A stretch of DNA of 64,000 nt from an uncultured Chloroflexia bacterium (lineage in GTDB: Bacteria; Chloroflexota; Limnocylindria; Limnocylindrales; CSP1-4): the NCBI GenBank assembly GCA_963734535.1, contig CAVTHS010000011.1:96001-160000 (forward strand), in the 5' to 3' direction. Shown piece by piece: positions 42,592-51,692 of this stretch. The position numbers were made by a program, and so were the translations under genes. Numbering within the stretch: the first letter of the stretch is position 1; each line of letters begins with the position of its first letter. The notes beneath the pieces were generated by a model. That model was not told the origin of the DNA and made no database searches. It saw only the letters and a list, made by a program, of their open reading frames with translations.

Positions 42592-43337
42592 CGAATCGAT
42601 CCTCCGCTCAGGGCGGTTCCGGGTGCGTGCGCCCCGGTCCACGCCCGGCTGACGGCCGCGAGCATCGCCCCCATCATCGCGACCGGGTCGGCAGCCTTGA
42701 GGATGCCGCTCGACGACCCGGTTCCGCCCACCCCGAGGCCCATCATGTGGGTCACGTCGTCGGGCGTCCCGATCCCGGCGCCGCACATCACGATGATGTG
42801 GGGGTCGATGCGGCCCACCATCTCGACCGAGCGCTCGACGAAGCCGCGCATCTCAGCGGCCGCCGACCGACTGGTCGCGATGAGCTCGGGCGGCTCGGCC
42901 AGGACGATGTCCGGGCCCAGCTGGGCGATGGCCGCCGCTTCCTCCGGCGAGTCGGCGAAGACCATCGTGGCGAGGCCTACCTGATCAGCTCGCCGGATGG
43001 CCCGGTTGATGTCGCCGAGGGTCATCCGCCGTTCCGAATGGTTGAGCAGCGTGCCCACGGCCCCGGCCTCCCGGATCGCCTCGGGCAGGACGCTCCCGAC
43101 GCCGCGGCCGACGCTGACCGGGTCCATGTGCTGGGCGAAGACGAGCAGGTGGGTGGTCGCCTGCGCCACGGCCGGGATGTCGACGCACTGGGGATCGAAG
43201 ATGACCGTGACCCCGAGCTCCCTCCCGAGGCGATCCGCCGCGGTCGCCAGGCGGACCGCTTCGGCTCCGTACGCGTAGCCCTTCAGACCGATCTCGAAGA
43301 CGGGCGCTCGAAGGCGGGGCCGACCTGCCGTGCTCAC
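42588..43337 (-). CDS. Triosephosphate isomerase-like protein, archaeal-type variant
   Basis: EIGLKGY, LLNHSERR, AEPPELI, CGAGI. Confidence 0.85.
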   Translation of the reverse strand: MSTAGRPRLRAPVFEIGLKGYAYGAEAVRLATAADRLGRELGVTVIFDPQCVDIPAVAQATTHLLVFAQHMDPVSVGRGVGSVLPEAIREAGAVGTLLNHSERRMTLGDINRAIRRADQVGLATMVFADSPEEAAAIAQLGPDIVLAEPPELIATSRSAAAEMRGFVERSVEMVGRIDPHIIVMCGAGIGTPDDVTHMMGLGVGGTGSSSGILKAADPVAMMGAMLAAVSRAWTGAHAPGTALSGGSIR

Positions 43338-44722
43338 ACCACGACCGCCTCGACACCCAGCATCCGCGCCAGATGGAGGAGCTGGGCCGTCCAGCGCCCC
43401 CGGGCGGCGCCCATGTGATGGGTCGCGCCGGCGCGCAGCCAGCCGTCACACCAGTCGGCGATCGGGAGGGTGTCGTGCCTGAACAGCGTCTGCGGCGCCG
43501 AGATGGAGCGCGGCGGGAAGGGCAGGAGCTGGCCCTCGGAGATCACGAAGCGCCAGTGCCCGTCACCGACGATGACCAGGGCGAGGTTCGTGATGGGTCC
43601 GGATTCGTACGCGAACTCGAAGCCCGCCCCGAACCCGTGCACACCCGAGTAGTAGATCGAGTGCTTCACCTTGACCGCGCCGGGCGTGCCCATGCCGGGG
43701 TTTCCGTGACCATCGTGCGAGAACATCACGGCCTGGTTGTCGAAGTCGATGACGTAGTTCTCGAGGGTCGTGGCCTGGCCCGCGAGCTCCTGCAGGATCA
43801 GCTGCGCGACCGCGGTGTTGACATCCCCTTCGGGCGACGCCGGGATCCCGTTGGCGCACAGGCGGCCCGTCGCATACGAGGGGATGATGCCCACCCGCGG
43901 ATCGGTCAGCCAGACCTGGTCGAATGCCGTGAAGGCGTCGAATCCGTGCTCGCGGACCACCGACTCGAGGGCGAGGGCGAGACGGACGGACCGCTCGAAG
44001 AGGGCGGGCTCCATCTCGACGCTGGAGCGGGCCCGCTCGGCGGCCATCCCGGCCTCGACGTCCGCCTGCGCGATCTCGCCGAAGCGCACGGCGACCTTCT
44101 CCGGCTCGAGAGGCCAGACAACCGGGCCGATCGCCTGGCGAAGCGAGAGGCCGTCGAACATGAGATCGGTCATGCCTTCGAACGGGTGGCCGACCAGCGC
44201 GATCCGGGCGTCGCGCAGGCGCCGCCGGACCGCCGCCGCTGCGATGACCTCACCCACCCGCCGGCGCCCGTCCGGATCGTCGAAGCGAGACGTGACGATC
44301 GCGAACTCGCGCTTCGTTCGGACCAGGACGGCCGTGAGCTCCGGCATGCCTGCCATGCCGCTGTTGAGCATCACGACGTCGAACCCGTCGTCCTCCCCCA
44401 GGCGCGAGATCATCTGCGTGTTCCAGACCAGGACCGGGGCGGTCGTGTCGAGCAGGCAGCGGGCCGGCACGAGGCCCTTCGTGTAGGCGAGCTCGAGGGC
44501 GACGATGACGTCGACATCCTCGGCGTTGAAGAGGCGGGCGGCCGCCGCGGCCTGCGCCTCCTCCTCCACGAGGCCCGCGGGCACGACATCGCCGTACGCG
44601 GCCAGGGCGTCGGCGATCACCTGGGCGGCCGCCGTCGCGGCTGGTCGCATGTGAGCGGTCTTGTTGTAGTCGTCCTCGAGGAGCGCCATGACGAGGACGC
44701 CGATCTTCGGTTTGACTGCCAT
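43334..44722 (-). CDS. L-fucose/L-arabinose isomerase family protein
   Basis: PEGDV, SHDGHG and GATHH motifs; length and context fit. Confidence 0.78.
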   Translation of the reverse strand: MAVKPKIGVLVMALLEDDYNKTAHMRPAATAAAQVIADALAAYGDVVPAGLVEEEAQAAAAARLFNAEDVDVIVALELAYTKGLVPARCLLDTTAPVLVWNTQMISRLGEDDGFDVVMLNSGMAGMPELTAVLVRTKREFAIVTSRFDDPDGRRRVGEVIAAAAVRRRLRDARIALVGHPFEGMTDLMFDGLSLRQAIGPVVWPLEPEKVAVRFGEIAQADVEAGMAAERARSSVEMEPALFERSVRLALALESVVREHGFDAFTAFDQVWLTDPRVGIIPSYATGRLCANGIPASPEGDVNTAVAQLILQELAGQATTLENYVIDFDNQAVMFSHDGHGNPGMGTPGAVKVKHSIYYSGVHGFGAGFEFAYESGPITNLALVIVGDGHWRFVISEGQLLPFPPRSISAPQTLFRHDTLPIADWCDGWLRAGATHHMGAARGRWTAQLLHLARMLGVEAVVV

Positions 44723-44767
44723 CGATTGCCTCCCGGGTATCGCCTGCGTTTGTCTGAAGGGATCGGG

Positions 44768-46297
44768 TCAGCCGGGCCGCCCGTCGGTCGAGAAGAGCGG
44801 GCGGAGCGTGTCGAACAGCCGGATGTAGCGGCCATAGGCGTCGTCGTAGGCGGCTCGCGTCGTCGGATCCGGCTCGTATCGGTCCCCGACGACGACCATT
44901 GCCGCGCACGCAGCCTCGAGATCGGGGAAGATGCCGGCCGCCACGCCCGCGATCATCGCATCTCCCCGGACCGCGGCCGAGTCACCCTCCAGCGTGACGA
45001 CGGGCAGCCCGCAGGCGTCCGCCTTGATCTGGTTCCAGAGGGCGCTGCGGGAGCCCCCGCCGTGCGAGCGGACCTCGGTGGCCGCGGCGCCGGCGCCCGC
45101 GAGCAGGTCCAGGTTCCGGCGCAGCATGAAGGCGACCGCTTCGAGCACCGCCCGCACGAAGTGCGGCCGGCCGTGGTGGAGGGTGAACCCGTAGAAGACG
45201 CCGCGGGCCTCCGGCTCGTACTCCGGGCTGAACGCGCCCATGAGGTGGGGGAGCATGGTCAGGCCCTCCGCACCGGGCGCGACGCCGGCCGCGAGCCCGG
45301 TCAGCAGGTCGTAGGCGCTCGATCCATCGCGAGCGGCGCGGGCGACCTCCTCGCCGCCGAACTGGTCGCGAAACCAGGTCAGCGCCAGCCCGCCCGTCGG
45401 ACAGACCGGGCAATACAGGTACCGGTCCGGGGCGGAATGCACGTAGACGGGGGTCTGTCCGGTCGGATCGCCGCCGTGGTGATCGACCGACGCCTGGAGC
45501 GTGAGCGCGCCGCCGGTGCTCTCCGAGATCATGCCGCTGCCGACGTTCCCGACGCCGACCGCACCGGCGCCCTGGTCCATCCCCGCGGCGACGACCTTGA
45601 CGCCGGCCGGCAGGCCGAGCGCCAGCGCCGCATCTGGCGCAAGGGAGCCGACGACCGTTCCCGGCCGGACGATCTCGGGCAGCTGCCCGGGCCCGACGCC
45701 CACTGCATCGAGCATCGCCTCCCACCAGCCGCCGGAACGAATGTCGAAGAGCAGCGACGTGGACTGCACGCCGCCCTCGGTCACGTATCGCCCGGACAGG
45801 CGGTGCAGGATGAAGTCCTCGACAAGCAGGAAGTGGCGGGCGCTGGCAAACAGGTCGGGCTCGTGCCGGCGCCACCAGAGGAGCTTGCAGGCGGTCCATG
45901 TCGGCGTGATCGCCGGGATGCCGGTCCGGTCGTAGACCGCCGCGCCATCGAATTGTCCGGCGAGCTCGTCGGACTCGGCCAGGGCCCGGTTGTCCAGCCA
46001 GACGATGGCCGGGCCCAGCGGCCGGCCGCGCCCATCGACGGCGACGACCGTCTCGCCCTGGCTGGAGACGGCGATTGCCGACACGCGGCCTGGCTCCACG
46101 CCCGCGGCGCCGAGCGCCTGCCGGATGGCGCTCGCCGTCGCACTCCAGTAGATCTCGGCGTCGAGCTCGGCCCGATCCGGTGCCGGATGGGCAATCCGAT
46201 ACTCGTGCCCCGCGACCGCGAGCACTCGCCCGGAGGCGTCGTAGACGCCGGCCTTGACCGCCGTCGTCCCGATGTCGAGGCCGACGAGAAGGGGCAT
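44768..46297 (-). CDS. FGGY-family sugar kinase (xylulokinase-like)
   Basis: GLDIGTTAVKA, WLDNRA, GMDQ, RAVLEAVA, GGGSRSALWNQIKAD. Confidence 0.92.
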   Translation of the reverse strand: MPLLVGLDIGTTAVKAGVYDASGRVLAVAGHEYRIAHPAPDRAELDAEIYWSATASAIRQALGAAGVEPGRVSAIAVSSQGETVVAVDGRGRPLGPAIVWLDNRALAESDELAGQFDGAAVYDRTGIPAITPTWTACKLLWWRRHEPDLFASARHFLLVEDFILHRLSGRYVTEGGVQSTSLLFDIRSGGWWEAMLDAVGVGPGQLPEIVRPGTVVGSLAPDAALALGLPAGVKVVAAGMDQGAGAVGVGNVGSGMISESTGGALTLQASVDHHGGDPTGQTPVYVHSAPDRYLYCPVCPTGGLALTWFRDQFGGEEVARAARDGSSAYDLLTGLAAGVAPGAEGLTMLPHLMGAFSPEYEPEARGVFYGFTLHHGRPHFVRAVLEAVAFMLRRNLDLLAGAGAAATEVRSHGGGSRSALWNQIKADACGLPVVTLEGDSAAVRGDAMIAGVAAGIFPDLEAACAAMVVVGDRYEPDPTTRAAYDDAYGRYIRLFDTLRPLFSTDGRPG

Positions 46298-46322
46298 CAG
46301 CCGGGCCGAGGCAGTGGCGGCG

Positions 46323-47132
46323 TCAGTCGAGCCCGTGCTTCGCCGCGGCAACGGCCGGCTCCGCGCCGTTCTTGACGACCTCCTGGAGCGCCTCCAGGAA
46401 CCGCTCCGGGCTGCGCGCCCCGATGACGTTCCGCCCGAAGACGACGCCCCGGGCGCCATCCCTGATCGCAGTCGCGGCCAGCTCGAGCGCGTCGACCTCG
46501 CGCGGCAGCTTCTTCGATCCGAGCGCCAGGATCGGCACCGGCGTCGAACGGACGATCTCGGCGAAGCGCTCGCCCGTGTGGAAGGTCTTGACCAGGTCGG
46601 CGCCGAGCTCGGCGGCGATCCGGCAGCCGATCGAGATCTGCTCGTGACGCTCCTCGGGGGTCACATCCTCGTGGCCGGCCGGGTAGACCTCGCCGACGAT
46701 CGGTACGCCGACCTCGCGCTTCTCGGCCACGCAGCGGGCAACCTGGGCCACGTTCTCCGCGTCGACCGCCTCGGAGCCCGTCTTGATGGACATCCCGACC
46801 AGGACGATGTCGGCTCCCAGGGCAACGGCCTGCGCCGCCGAGATCATCGGCACGCTTCGGCTCTCGTGGTAACCCCACTGGGTTGCGTACTGGGTGCCCC
46901 AGTTGAGTCGGAGCATCAGCGCCGGTGCGCCGCGGTGCTCGAAGACGGACCGGACGTGCGGCACCATGCCCGGGCTCAGGAGGATCGCGTCGGCGCCGCG
47001 CAGCTGGTCCACGATCGGGGCAAGGTTCTCGAAGCCCGGCCGCGGCCCGTTGTAGAGGCCGTGGTCGATGGCGACCACGACGACGTTCTGCCCGCCGTCG
47101 AACAGCCGCTGGAGCCTGATCGACTCGCCCAT
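46323..47132 (-). CDS. Class I aldolase (DhnA/LsrF family)
   Basis: AIDHG, ELGADLVKT (Schiff-base Lys), GVVFGRNV. Confidence 0.88.
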   Translation of the reverse strand: MGESIRLQRLFDGGQNVVVVAIDHGLYNGPRPGFENLAPIVDQLRGADAILLSPGMVPHVRSVFEHRGAPALMLRLNWGTQYATQWGYHESRSVPMISAAQAVALGADIVLVGMSIKTGSEAVDAENVAQVARCVAEKREVGVPIVGEVYPAGHEDVTPEERHEQISIGCRIAAELGADLVKTFHTGERFAEIVRSTPVPILALGSKKLPREVDALELAATAIRDGARGVVFGRNVIGARSPERFLEALQEVVKNGAEPAVAAAKHGLD

Positions 47133-47244
47133 CGACACGCTGGAACCTCCTTCGGACGGACGGCGGTGAGTGCCGACGCCGCACGCGAGGACGCACATGA
47201 TGCGGTCCTGCCAGCGGGAATCTATCACGGGACCGTCGTCCGTC

Positions 47245-47389
47245 AACCGAACATGTTCGGATTGGTGCGCGGATGGCGTCGGTTCAGTGCTCGGCGGGGG
47301 CGCGGGAAGCAGCCCGGCCCCCCGTGGTGTCCGCCCGGCCGAGTAACCGACGATGTCGGATTGACGTTCGTTTCGCGTCGGGATATAAA
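47245..47389 (+). promoter_or_regulatory. Divergent control region: two related palindromes and a sigma70 promoter
   Basis: CCGAACATGTTCGG (47247-47260); AACCGACGATGTCGGATTG (47345-47363); TTGACG (47361) - 17 bp - TATAAA (47384). Confidence 0.7.
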
Positions 47390-47509
47390 CGGACCCAGCG
47401 CGTCAGTGCTCGAATCGGCCGCCGTGTCCGCCGCGACACGGGGTACGAGCGCATTGGCCCGGATCGGTCGAGATTCATCGCACGACCAGGCCGACTCAGG
47501 AGGGAACCG

Positions 47510-48874
47510 ATGGTTCACCGAAAGCTCGCCGCGGTCCTGTTCGCGGCGGTCATCGTGGCCGTCAGCGCATGCAGCGGCGGCGCCACGACCGCCCCAGCTG
47601 CCAGTCCTGCGGCCTCGGCCGGAGCCTCCGCCGCGGCGTCGTCGGCCCCGTCAACGGCAGCCTCGCCGTCGCCCGCGGCCCCGGTGACGCTGACGCTCTG
47701 GCACAACTATGGGACCGAGGCGAACGCGAAGGTGACCGACGCCCTGGTCAAGGCCTACATGGCGGCCCACCAGAACGTGACGATCCAGGTCGTGAGCCAG
47801 CCGGCGGACAACTACTTCGCCCTGCTCAAGACCGCCTCGATCTCGAAGACCGGGCCAGACCTCCTGACGATGTGGACCGGGCTCTTCGCCCTCCAGAACC
47901 AGGGCTTCCTCGAGCCGCTGAACCAGTACATCCCCGTCGACACCCTGAACAAGTTCGACGGGATCAACTGGTGTTCCAAGGACCTGAACGTCGCCTCCGG
48001 CGCCATCTGCGTGCCGCTGGACCTCCAGTTCTACAACGGCTTCTACAACAAGGCGCTCTTCGCGAAGGCGGGGATCACCTCGTTCCCGACGGACTGGACC
48101 GAGCTGTACGCTGCGTGCGACAAGCTCAAGGCGATCAACGTCCTGCCCTTCACCTACGGGACCGGCCTCCAGGCCCTCAACGCGGGCTTCTACCCGTACT
48201 ACGACCTGAGCTACATGATGATGATGTTCCCGGTCGAGGACTGGAAGAAGCTCTACAGCGGCGAGATTCCCTGGACCGATCCGCGGATCGTGGACCAGCT
48301 CACGAAGTGGGCCGCCCTCAAGACGAAGGGCTGCACCAACGAGGACGTGCTGGCGAACAACGAGTCCGTCTCCCAGTTCGAGTCCGGGAAGGCCGCCATG
48401 ACGATGGAGGGCTCCTGGGGTTTCCCGGAGTTCCAGGCCAAGCTCGGCGCTGACGCCGGAGTGTTCGTGGCGCCGTTCAGCGACACACCGATCAAGGGCG
48501 TCGTGGAGTTCCCCGGAAACGGGTTCGGCGTGACCAGCTACTCGCAGCACAAGGCGGAGGCAGCGGCCTTCCTCGCCTGGATGGTGACCCCGGACGCCCA
48601 GAAGATCATCGCGGACGGCGGCCTCATCCCGACCGTCGCCGGGACGGCGCCGACGCAGCCACTGGCCCTCGGGATGCTCGACTACGGCGCCACCAAAGGC
48701 TTCGCCCGCTACCCGATGATCGACAACGTCATCCAGCCCGAGGTCACGGACGTCGCCACGAAGGTGCTCGACGCCGTCCTTGCCGGGACGATGTCGGCCC
48801 AGGATGCGGCGAAGAAGATCCAGGACGCCCTCATGCAGCTGCCCGCGGATCGCCGCGGCTCCACCTACCAGTAG
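47510..48874 (+). CDS. Carbohydrate ABC substrate-binding lipoprotein (CUT1 type)
   Basis: Lipobox VSAC; VTLTLWH, FYNKALF, FESGKAAM. Confidence 0.9.
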   Translation: MVHRKLAAVLFAAVIVAVSACSGGATTAPAASPAASAGASAAASSAPSTAASPSPAAPVTLTLWHNYGTEANAKVTDALVKAYMAAHQNVTIQVVSQPADNYFALLKTASISKTGPDLLTMWTGLFALQNQGFLEPLNQYIPVDTLNKFDGINWCSKDLNVASGAICVPLDLQFYNGFYNKALFAKAGITSFPTDWTELYAACDKLKAINVLPFTYGTGLQALNAGFYPYYDLSYMMMMFPVEDWKKLYSGEIPWTDPRIVDQLTKWAALKTKGCTNEDVLANNESVSQFESGKAAMTMEGSWGFPEFQAKLGADAGVFVAPFSDTPIKGVVEFPGNGFGVTSYSQHKAEAAAFLAWMVTPDAQKIIADGGLIPTVAGTAPTQPLALGMLDYGATKGFARYPMIDNVIQPEVTDVATKVLDAVLAGTMSAQDAAKKIQDALMQLPADRRGSTYQ

Positions 48875-48890
48875 CGGTCTCTTGAACGGC

Positions 48891-48926
48891 CGACGACCGG
48901 CGCCGCCCACTCGGCGTCGGTCGTCG
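48891..48926 (+). terminator. Long stem-loop between binding-protein and permease genes
   Basis: CGACGACCGGCGCCG-cccact-CGGCGTCGGTCGTCG, 15-bp stem with one G-U pair; no U-tract. Confidence 0.6.
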
Positions 48927-48943
48927 TCGGATCAGCCGGCCGC

Positions 48944-49870
48944 ATGAGCCAGGCAACGCCCCTCGTCCGACCCGGCGCGCCCGCGGCGGTCCGGCGTCGA
49001 CCGGGCCCCTCGCGCCTGCGGGCCTCTCAGCGACGGGCGGGGGTCATCTTCGTCCTGCCGGTCGTCATCCTCGAGCTCGTGCTCCTGGGCCTCCCGGTCG
49101 CCCAGGCCTTCTACTACAGCCTGACGAACTGGGACGGGATCAAGGCGACGTGGGTCGGCCTCGGCAACTACCAGCGGCTGTTCGGCGACCCGACGTTCTG
49201 GCAGATCGTGGGCAACAACCTGCTGCTGCTTGCCTCGATCCCCGTTGCCATCCTGATCCCGCTGCTCGTCGCGTACCTCCTCAACGAGCGCGTGACCGGC
49301 TGGCGGTTCTTCCGTTCCGTCTACTTCCTGCCCACGGCGATCTCGTGGGTGGTGATCGGGATGGTGGCCATCCGCGTCTTCGCCAACCAGGGCATCCTCA
49401 ACGGCCTGCTGGCGCCGCTCGGCCTCCGTGTCGACATGCTGAGCCACGAGTTCACGGCGATGCTGGCCGTGATCATCACCTTCATCTGGTCCGTCTTCGG
49501 CACGAACACGATCATCTTCGTCACCGGGATGGCCACGCTCGACCGCGACATCTACGACGCGGCGCGGGTCGACGGGGCCGGCGCCCTGGCGACCTTCTGG
49601 CGAATCACGATTCCGATGCTGATGCGGTTCATCCAGTTCGCCTTCATCCTGACCCTGATCACCGCCTTCACGGCGCTCTTCAGCCTGATCTTCGTGATGA
49701 CCGGGGGCGGGCCTGGCTACGCGACGACCACGCTCGAGTTCTACGTGTACCAGCAGGGGTTCACGGTCGGCGTCTTCGGCTACGCGGCGGCCATCGGGAT
49801 GGTCCTGTTCGCGGTCGTCTTCGCGATCAGCCTCGCCCAGATCCGCTTCTTCCGCAGCAGGCTGGACTGA
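48944..49870 (+). CDS. Carbohydrate ABC permease
   Basis: VGLGNY; EAA-loop YDAARVDGA; MTGGGPG. Confidence 0.92.
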   Translation: MSQATPLVRPGAPAAVRRRPGPSRLRASQRRAGVIFVLPVVILELVLLGLPVAQAFYYSLTNWDGIKATWVGLGNYQRLFGDPTFWQIVGNNLLLLASIPVAILIPLLVAYLLNERVTGWRFFRSVYFLPTAISWVVIGMVAIRVFANQGILNGLLAPLGLRVDMLSHEFTAMLAVIITFIWSVFGTNTIIFVTGMATLDRDIYDAARVDGAGALATFWRITIPMLMRFIQFAFILTLITAFTALFSLIFVMTGGGPGYATTTLEFYVYQQGFTVGVFGYAAAIGMVLFAVVFAISLAQIRFFRSRLD

Positions 49871-49881
49871 GGGCCCGCCAG

Positions 49882-50697
49882 ATGGACCGCCTCCGTCGCC
49901 GAACGGGCCGCATCGTGACCTTCGCGATCCTCTCGATCGTGGGCCTGGTCATGCTCTTCCCGTTCGGGGTGATGGTGCTCCTCGCCTTCCGGTCGTTCGA
50001 CCAGTACATCGCCGGGGCGGGCTTCTCGCTCGAGAGCTGGCAGATCCTTTTCGCGACGATCCCGGTCATCCAGCAGCTGATCAACTCGACGGTGGTCACG
50101 GTCGGGGCGGTCGCGGTCATCGTGATCGTGAGCACCACCGGGGGCTACGCGTTCGCCAAGCTCGGGTTCCGCGGCTCGTCGCTGGTCCTGCTCGCCGTGC
50201 TCGCCGGGATGATGGTGCCGCTCCAGTCGATCATCATCCCCGAGTTCGTGAACGTGAGCCAGGCCGGGCTGATCAACCAGTTCCTCGGGGCGATCGTGGT
50301 CTACGCGGCGCTGGGGGCGCCGTTCGCGACATACCTGATGACGACCTACTACCGGGGCGTCCCTGACGAGCTCATCGAGGCGTCCCTGATGGACGGGGCG
50401 TTGTTCTGGCAGATCTTCACCCGGGTCATGCTTCCGATGAGCATCCCGGCCATCGTCACGGTGGCCGTGCTCCAGGTCATCCAGGTGTGGGACGACCTGC
50501 TGGTCGGCCTCCTCTTCCTCCAGACGCCCAACGTCCGGACCATCACCGTGGGGCTGGCAACGCTCCAGACCTCGCGGATGGTGAATGTCCCGGCGCTGAT
50601 GGCGGGATCGCTCGTGAGCGCGCTGCCCGCGATCGTCGTCTATCTCATCTTCCAACGCCACCTGGTGCGTGGCCTCACGATGGGGATCGGCAAATGA
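49882..50697 (+). CDS. Carbohydrate ABC permease
   Basis: GYAFAKL; ELIEASLMDGA; FQRHLVRGL. Confidence 0.92.
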   Translation: MDRLRRRTGRIVTFAILSIVGLVMLFPFGVMVLLAFRSFDQYIAGAGFSLESWQILFATIPVIQQLINSTVVTVGAVAVIVIVSTTGGYAFAKLGFRGSSLVLLAVLAGMMVPLQSIIIPEFVNVSQAGLINQFLGAIVVYAALGAPFATYLMTTYYRGVPDELIEASLMDGALFWQIFTRVMLPMSIPAIVTVAVLQVIQVWDDLLVGLLFLQTPNVRTITVGLATLQTSRMVNVPALMAGSLVSALPAIVVYLIFQRHLVRGLTMGIGK

Positions 50698-51548
50698 GCG
50701 AGCCTGGAACCGTGGCGTTGCGGACGGGATCGGGCGCGCGCGCCGAGCCCTCGGCCACCGATGGCCGGCAGCCCTTCGGGGCACGCGAGCGCCGGGCGGA
50801 GATCGCGCGCCTCGTCGCCGAGCTCGAGCGCGTCTCCGTGGCGGACCTGACGGGCCGGTTCCTCGTCACGGACGCCTCGATCCGTCGCGACCTGGTGATC
50901 CTCGAGGGCGAGGGCCGTCTCCGCCGCGTGCACGGCGGGGCGGTGGGCGGCGCTGCGACGCGCCAGTTCGGGACCTACGCGGGCAAGGCCCGGGAGCGCC
51001 GCGCGGAGAAGGCACGCATCGGGGCGGCCGCGGCCGCGATGATCTCGGCCGGAGACGTCGTCTTCCTCGATTCCGGGACGACCGTGGCTGCCGTCGCGGC
51101 TCGAATCCCCGGCCCGCTTCGCCGCGCGAACGCGATCACGGTGGTGACGCATTCGCTGCCCGTGGTCGAGGAGATCGGGGCCTGGGAATCGCCGCACCTC
51201 ATCTGCCTGGGCGGCCTCTACCTTCCCGACTACCGGGCGCTGGTCGGCCCCCAGACCGTCGCCGGCCTCCGCGAGCTGTCCGCCGACGTCGTCTTCCTGG
51301 GCTGCGAGGGGCTGACCATCGGGGACGGCCTCACCACTCCGCACGTGCTCGTGGCGGAGGTCGGGGCGATCATGGCCGCCCGCGCGCGGCGGGTCGTGGT
51401 TGTTGCCGACGCGTCCAAGCTCGGGCAGGCCGGGTTCACCCCGATCGTCCCGCTCGCAGCCGTCGACACGCTCGTTACCGACAGCTCGGCGAATCCCGAG
51501 CACCTGTCCCGCATCCGCGCCGCCGGAGTGCAGGTGATCCTCGCCTGA
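50694..51548 (+). CDS. DeoR/GlpR family transcriptional regulator
   Basis: SIRRDL..LE, RRVHGGA, FLDSGTT, ADASKLG. Confidence 0.93.
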   Translation: MSEPGTVALRTGSGARAEPSATDGRQPFGARERRAEIARLVAELERVSVADLTGRFLVTDASIRRDLVILEGEGRLRRVHGGAVGGAATRQFGTYAGKARERRAEKARIGAAAAAMISAGDVVFLDSGTTVAAVAARIPGPLRRANAITVVTHSLPVVEEIGAWESPHLICLGGLYLPDYRALVGPQTVAGLRELSADVVFLGCEGLTIGDGLTTPHVLVAEVGAIMAARARRVVVVADASKLGQAGFTPIVPLAAVDTLVTDSSANPEHLSRIRAAGVQVILA

Positions 51549-51692
51549 CCGCCCGCGTGGTCGAGGGCCGGAGCTTTCGGCGGGCGCCGCGCCCGGTGAA
51601 CCGCTCCAGGCCGATATCGCGTTCTCGTCTGCGCCGGGCTCGACTCCGTCGCCGCGGCGGAGAACGGGCGGGTTCGGCCGTTCGCTGAGGGG

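Noticed and set aside
35918-46375. Very long plus-strand ORFs (988, 803 and 1000 aa)
   Set aside because: Antisense shadows typical of high-GC DNA; the opposite strand carries clear family motifs.
47247-47260. LexA/SOS box
   Set aside because: CGAAC-AT-GTTCG has a 2-bp spacer instead of the 4-bp spacer of the Gram-positive box; the context is sugar catabolism.
47510-50697. ABC transporter lacking an ATPase gene
   Set aside because: Common for CUT1 systems that share an MsiK/MsmX-type ATPase.
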